In this document: piece after piece, positions 22,591 to 28,168 of the stretch
Position numbering within the stretch: the stretch's first letter is position 1
Layout of the letters: every line of letters begins with the position of its first letter
Assembly (NCBI GenBank): GCA_002189035.1
Contig: NEEC01000198.1
Span: 1-28,168 of the forward strand
Length of the DNA: 28,168 nucleotides
Source of the DNA: Utricularia gibba
Taxonomy: Eukaryota > Plantae > Magnoliophyta
Direction of reading: 5' to 3'
Made by a program: the position numbers and the translations under genes
Notes under the pieces: model-generated
What the model was told of the DNA's origin: nothing
Database searches by the model: none
What the model saw: only the letters and a program-made list of their open reading frames with translations

Positions 22591-25500
22591 TGGTTTTCTC
22601 AACCGCATGCTTTATATTTGATAAGGTGCTCTCGTGGGGCAACGGTATCGAGTAGGAGGTCGAGTCGAGCTCGGGCCCATAGTCATTTGTAGCTCGGCAA
22701 AAAACTTGATGCATTTATTAACGGTTGGTTTTAATAGGCTGCCTCAATGGTTTTCTCAAGGAAAAGCTTGTCGTTTTTGGGCGGGTGATGTCGTTGTGAA
22801 CTTCGTTCTGACCCAAGGTTCGGTCTGTCTCCTTTGCCAAATCTGGTCCTACTCGACGAAAATCGTGATGCAGTTATTGAAGTTAGGATTTCATGAGCAC
22901 CCAAAATGCTTTTTCAATCGCATGCTTTGTAGTTGAGGAGGCGCTCTAGTGGGGCACGGTATCGGGCAAAAGGTCGAGTCGGGCTCGCCCAGAGTCATTT
23001 TTAGCCTGTCAAAAAAAGTGATGCATTTATTAACGTTGGGTTTTAATAGGCTGCCTACATGGTTTCTCAAGGAAAAGCTTGTCGTTTCTGGGCGGGTGAT
23101 GTCTTTTGGAACTTCGTTCTGACCATAGGTTCGGTCTGACTCCTTTGCCACATCGGGTCCTACTCGACGAAAATCGTGATGCAGTTATTGAAGTTAGGAT
23201 TCATGAGCACCCAAAATGGTTTTCTCAACCGCATGCTTTATATTTGATAAGGCACTCTCGTGGGGCAACGGTATCGAGCAGGAGTCGAGTCGAGCTCGGG
23301 CCCAAGTCATTTGTAGCCCGGCAAAAAAATTGATGCATTTATTAACGTTCGGCTTTATTAGGCTGCCTACATAGTTTCTCAAGGAAAAGCTTGTCGTTTT
23401 TGGCGGGTGATGTCGTTGAACTTCGTTCTGACCAAGGTTCGGTCTGACTCCTTTGCCACATCGGGTCCTACTCGACGAAAATCGTGATGCAGTTATTGAA
23501 GTTAGGATTCATGAGCACCCAAAATGGTTTTCTCAACCGCATGCTTTATATTTGAGGAGGCGCTCTCGTGGGGCAACGGTATCGAGCAGGAGGTCGAGTC
23601 GAGCTCGGCCCATAGTCATTTGTAGCTCGGCAAAAAACTTGATGCATTTAATTAACGTTGGGTTTTAATAGCTGCCTACATTGTTTTCTCAAGAAAAGCT
23701 TGTCGTTTTTGGGCGGGTGATGTCGTTGTGAACTTCGTTCTGACCCAAGGTTCGGTCTGACCTTTGCCACATCGGGTCCTACTCGACGAAAATCGTGATG
23801 CAGTTATTGAAGTTAGGATTTCATGAGCACCCAAAATGGTTTTCTCAACCGCATGCTTTATATTTGATAAGTGCTCTCGTGGGGCAACGGTATCGAGTAG
23901 GAGGTCGAGTCGAGCTCGGGCCCATAGTCATTTGTAGCTCGGCAAAAAACTTGATGCATTTATTAACGGTTGGTTTTAATAGGCTGCCTCAATGGTTTTC
24001 TCAAGGAAAAGCTTGTCGTTTTTGGCGGGTGATGTCGTTGTGAACTTCGTTCTGACCCAAGGTTCGGTCTGTCTCCTTTGCCAAATCTGGTCCTACTCGA
24101 CGAAAATCGTGATGCAGTTATTGAAGTTAGGATTTCATGAGCACCCAAAATGCTTTTTCAATCGCATGCTTTGTAGTTGAGGAGGCGCTCTAGTGGGGCA
24201 CGGTATCGGGCAAAAGGTCGAGTCGGCTCGCTCCCAGAGTCATTTTAGCCTGTCAAAAAAATTGATGCATTTATTAACGTTGGGTTTAATAGGCTGCCTA
24301 CATAGTTTCTCAAGGAAAAGCTTGTCGTTTCTGGCGGGTGATGTCTTTTGGAACTTCGTTCTGACCATAGGTTCGGTCTGACTCCTTTGCCACATCGGGT
24401 CCTACTCGACGAAAATCGTGATGCAGTTATTGAAGTTAGGATTTCATGAGCACCCAAAATGGTTTTCTCAACCGCATGCTTTATATTTGATAAGGCGCTC
24501 TCGTGGGGCAACGGTATCGAGCAGGAGGTCGAGTCGAGCTCGGGCCCATAGTCATTTGTAGCTCGGCAAAAAACTTGATGCATTTATTAACGTTGGGTTT
24601 TAATAGCTGCCTACATTGTTTTCTCAAGGAAAAGCTTGTCGTTTTTGGGCGGGTGATGTCGTTGTGAACTTCGTTCTGACCAAGGGTCTGTCTCCTTTGC
24701 CAAATCTGGTCCTACTCGACGAAAATCGTGATGCAGTTATTGAAGTTAGGATTTCATGAGCACCCAAAATGGTTTTCTCAACCGCATGCTTTATATTTGA
24801 TAAGGTGCTCTCGTGGGGCAACGGTATCGAGCAGGAGGTCGAGTCGAGCTCGGCCCAGAGTCATTTGTAGCCCGGCAAAAAAATTGATGCATTTATTAAC
24901 GTTGGTTTTATAGGCTGCCTACATGGTTTCTCAAGGAAAAGCTTGTCGTTTCTGGGCGGGTGATGTCTTTTGGAACTTCGTTCTGACCATAGGTTCGGTC
25001 TGACTCCTTTGCCACATCGGGTCCTACTCGACGAAAATCGTGATGCAGTTATTGAAGTTAGGATTTCATGAGCACCCAAAATGGTTTTCTCAACCGCATG
25101 CTTTATATTTGATAAGGTGCTCTCGTGGGGCAACGGTATCGAGTAGGAGGTCGAGTCGAGCTCGGCCCATAGTCATTTGTAGCTCGGCAAAAAAACTTGA
25201 TGCATTATTAACGTTGGTTTTAATAGGCTGCCTCAATGGTTTTCTCAAGGAAAAGCTTGTCGTTTTGGGCGGGTGATGTCGTTGTGAACTTCGTTCTGAC
25301 CCAAGGTTCGGTCTGTCTCCTTTGCCAATCTGGTCCTACTCGACGAAAATCGTGATGCAGTTATTGAAGTTAGGATTTCATGAGCACCCAAAATGTTTTC
25401 TCAATCGCATGCTTTGTATTTGAGGAGGCGCTCTAGTGGGGCAACGGTATCGGCAAAAGGTCGAGTCGAGCTCGCTCCCAGAGTCATTTTTTAGCCTGTC

Positions 25501-28168
25501 AAAAAAATTGATGCATTTATTAACGTTGGGTTTTAATAGGCTGCCTACAAGTTTCTCAAGGAAAAGCTTGTCGTTTTTGGGCGGGTGATGTCTTTTGAAC
25601 TTCGTTCTGACCAAGGTTCGGTCTGACTCCTTTGCCACATCGGGTCCTACTCGACGAAAATCGTGATGCAGTTATTGAAGTTAGGATTTCATGAGCACCC
25701 AAAATGGTTTTCTCAACCGCATGCTTTATATTTGATAAGGCGCTCTCGTGGGGCAACGGTATCGAGCAGGAGGTCGAGTCGAGCTCGGGCCCAGAGTCAT
25801 TTGTAGCCGGCAAAAAAATTGATGCATTATTAACGTTGGGTTTTAATAGCTGCCTACATGGTTTCTCAAGGAAAAGCTTGTCGTTTTTTGGGCGGTGATG
25901 TCGTTGGAACTTCGTTCTGACCAAGGTTCGGTCTGACTCCTTTGCCACATCGGGTCCTACTCGACGAAAATCGTGATGCAGTTATTGAAGTTAGGATTTC
26001 ATGAGCACCCAAAATGGTTTTCTCAACCGCATGCTTTATATTTGATAAGGTGCTCTCGTGGGCAACGGTATCGAGCAGGAGGTCGAGTCGAGCTCGGCCC
26101 AGAGTCATTTGTAGCCCGGCAAAAAATTGATGCATTTATTAACGTTCGGCTTTATAGGCTGCCTACATAGTTTCTCAAGGAAAAGCTTGTCGTTTCTGGG
26201 CGGTGATGTCTTTGGAACTTCGTTCTGACCAAGGTTCGGTCTGACTCCTTTGCCACATCGGGTCCTACTCGACGAAAATCGTGATGCAGTTATTGAAGTT
26301 AGGATTTCATGAGCACCCAAAATGGTTTTCTCAACCGCATGCTTTATATTTGATAAGGTGCTCTCGTGGGGCAACGGTATCGAGTAGGAGGTCGAGTCGA
26401 GCTCGGGCCCATAGTCATTTGTAGCTCGGCAAAAAACTTGATGCATTTATTAACGGTTTTTTAATAGGCTGCCTCAATGGTTTTCTCAAGGAAAAGCTTG
26501 TCGTTTTTGGGCGGGTGATGTCGTTGTGAACTTCGTTCTGACCCAAGGTTCGGTCTGTCTCCTTTGCCAAATCTGGTCCTACTCGACGAAAATCGTGATG
26601 CAGTTATTGAAGTTAGGATTTCATGAGCACCCAAAATGCTTTTCAATCGCATGCTTTGTAGTTGAGGAGGCGCTCTAGTGGGGCACGGTATCGGCAAAGG
26701 TCGAGGGCTCGCTCCAGAGTCATTTTTAGCCTGTCAAAAAAGTGATGCATTTATTAACGTTGGGTTTAATAGGCTGCGTTGTTTTGGGGGGTGATGTCTT
26801 TTGGAACTTCGTTCTGACCATAGGTTCGGTCTGACTCCTTTGCCACATCGGGTCCTACTCGACGAAAATCGTGATGCAGTTATTGAAGTTAGGATTTCAT
26901 GAGCACCCAAAATGGTTTTCTCAACCGCATGCTTTATATTTGATAAGGTGCTCTCGTGGGGCAACGGTATCGAGTAGGAGGTCGAGTCGAGCTCGGGCCC
27001 ATAGTCATTTGTAGCTCGGCAAAAAACTTGATGCATTTATTAACGGTTGGTTTTAATAGGCTGCCTCAATGGTTTTCTCAAGAAAAGCTTGTCGTTTTGG
27101 GCGGGTGATGTCGTTGTGAACTTCGTTCTGACCCAAGGTTCGGTCTGTCTCCTTTGCCAAATCTGGTCCTACTCGACGAAAATCGTGATGCAGTTATTGA
27201 AGTTAGGATTTCATGAGCACCCAAAATGCTTTTGTCAATCGCATGCTTTGTAGTTGAGGAGGCGCTCTAGTGGGGCACGGTATCGGGCAAAAGGTCGAGT
27301 CGGCTCGCTCCCAGAGTCATTTTTAGCCTGTCAAAAAAAAGTGATGCATTTATTAACGTTGGGTTTTAATAGGCTGCCTACATAGTTTCTCAAGGAAAAG
27401 CTTGTCGTTTCTGGGCGGGTGATGTCTTTTGGAACTTCGTTCTGACCATAGGTTCGGTCTGACTCCTTTGCCACATCGGGTCCTACTCGACGAAAATCGT
27501 GATGCAGTTATTGAAGTTAGGATTCATGAGCACCCAAAATGGTTTTCTCAACCGCATGCTTTATATTTGATAAGGCGCTCTCGTGGGGCAACGGTATCGA
27601 GCAGGAGGTCGAGTCGAGCTCGGGCCCAGAGTCATTTGTAGCTCGGCAAAAAACTTGATGCATTTATTAACGTTGGGTTTTAATAGCGCCTACATGTTTC
27701 TCAAGGAAAAGCTTGTCGTTTTTGGGCGGGTGATGTCGTTGTGAACTTCGTTCTGACCCAAGGTTCGGTCTGTCTCCTTTGCCAATCTGGTCCTACTCGA
27801 CGAAAATCGTGATGCAGTTATTGAAGTTAGGATTTCATGAGCACCCAAAATGGTTTTCTCAACCGCATGCTTTATATTTGATAAGGTGCTCTCGTGGGGC
27901 AACGGTATCGAGTAGGAGGTCGAGTCGAGCTCGGGCCCATAGTCATTTGTAGCTCGGCAAAAAACTTGATGCATTTATTAACGGTTGGTTTTAATAGGCT
28001 GCCTCAATGGTTTTCTCAAGGAAAAGCTTGTCGTTTTTGGGCGGGTGATGTCGTTGTGAACTTCGTTCTGACCCAAGGTTCGGTCTGTCTCCTTTGCCAA
28101 ATCTGGTCCTACTCGACGAAAATCGTGATGCAGTTATTGAAGTTAGGATTTCATGAGCACCCAAAATG

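Larger units (their letters stand above)
1..28168. repeat. Tandem satellite array, 92 head-to-tail monomers of about 313-316 bp (mean about 306 bp including deleted copies)
   Basis: The junction motif catgagcacccaaaa|tg recurs throughout, with monomer starts at 1, 317, 627, 941, 1249 ... 15099, 15414, 15727, 16043, 16356 ... 27227, 27540, 27851 and 28167. All copies are in the same orientation, with no spacers or unique DNA. The array runs off both window ends. Confidence 0.99.

Noticed and set aside
44-27974. About 170 short ORFs on both strands, such as MHQVFCRATNDYGPELDST... and MGQRYRVGGRVELGP..., up to 197 aa (5978-6571)
   Set aside because: They are the same translations of the repeat in overlapping frames, broken by indels. 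I recognise no protein family. The monomer lengths of 313 and 316 and the 629 bp dimer do not preserve frame, and variants show no codon constraint.
1-28168. CRISPR array (constant block alternating with variable segments)
   Set aside because: The variable parts are homologous to each other rather than unique spacers, the period is about 313 bp rather than 60-75 bp, and there are no cas genes.
1-28168. Concatemer of a viroid-like circle or hammerhead-bearing satellite (newt satellite 2 or Schistosoma Sm-alpha type, similar in size)
   Set aside because: I found no CTGANGA hammerhead core on either strand (only ctgacc and ctgact on the plus strand) and no evident rod-like complementarity. Other ribozyme classes were not tested and would need an Infernal/Rfam search.
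1-28168. Rolling-circle amplification or ligated-amplicon artefact
   Set aside because: A single circular template would give a fixed class order, and random ligation would give mixed orientations and no A-before-B rule. No adapters are visible. It is not fully excluded without the raw reads.
1-28168. Tandem 5S rRNA, tRNA, snRNA or spliced-leader gene array (similar unit size)
   Set aside because: I could not recognise a 5S rRNA, tRNA cloverleaf, Pol III A/B or A/C box arrangement, or spliced-leader motif on either strand. An Rfam scan would be decisive.

Overview
The whole 28.2 kb window is one head-to-tail tandem satellite array, all in the same orientation. I counted 92 monomers by hand: full-length copies are about 313-316 bp and copy 1 is about 45% GC. 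There is no unique sequence, credible gene, RNA gene, mobile element or CRISPR array, and the ORF track only re-translates the repeat. The array has structure at three levels. (1) Each monomer is a diverged dimer of ~157 bp and ~159 bp subunits. (2) Monomers fall into at least four sequence classes (A, B, C, D) defined by linked substitutions. (3) The classes follow an ordering rule: every one of the 26 B monomers directly follows an A-type monomer, giving an irregular higher-order repeat of AB, ABC, ABD and ABDC units. The architecture resembles eukaryotic satellite or centromeric DNA, but I cannot assign the organism or a named family. Frequent homopolymer indels and a collapsed zone at about 4.6-6.4 kb suggest a noisy long-read or consensus sequence, so some fine-scale variation and some hybrid monomers may be artefactual. 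I found no protein-coding biological system.
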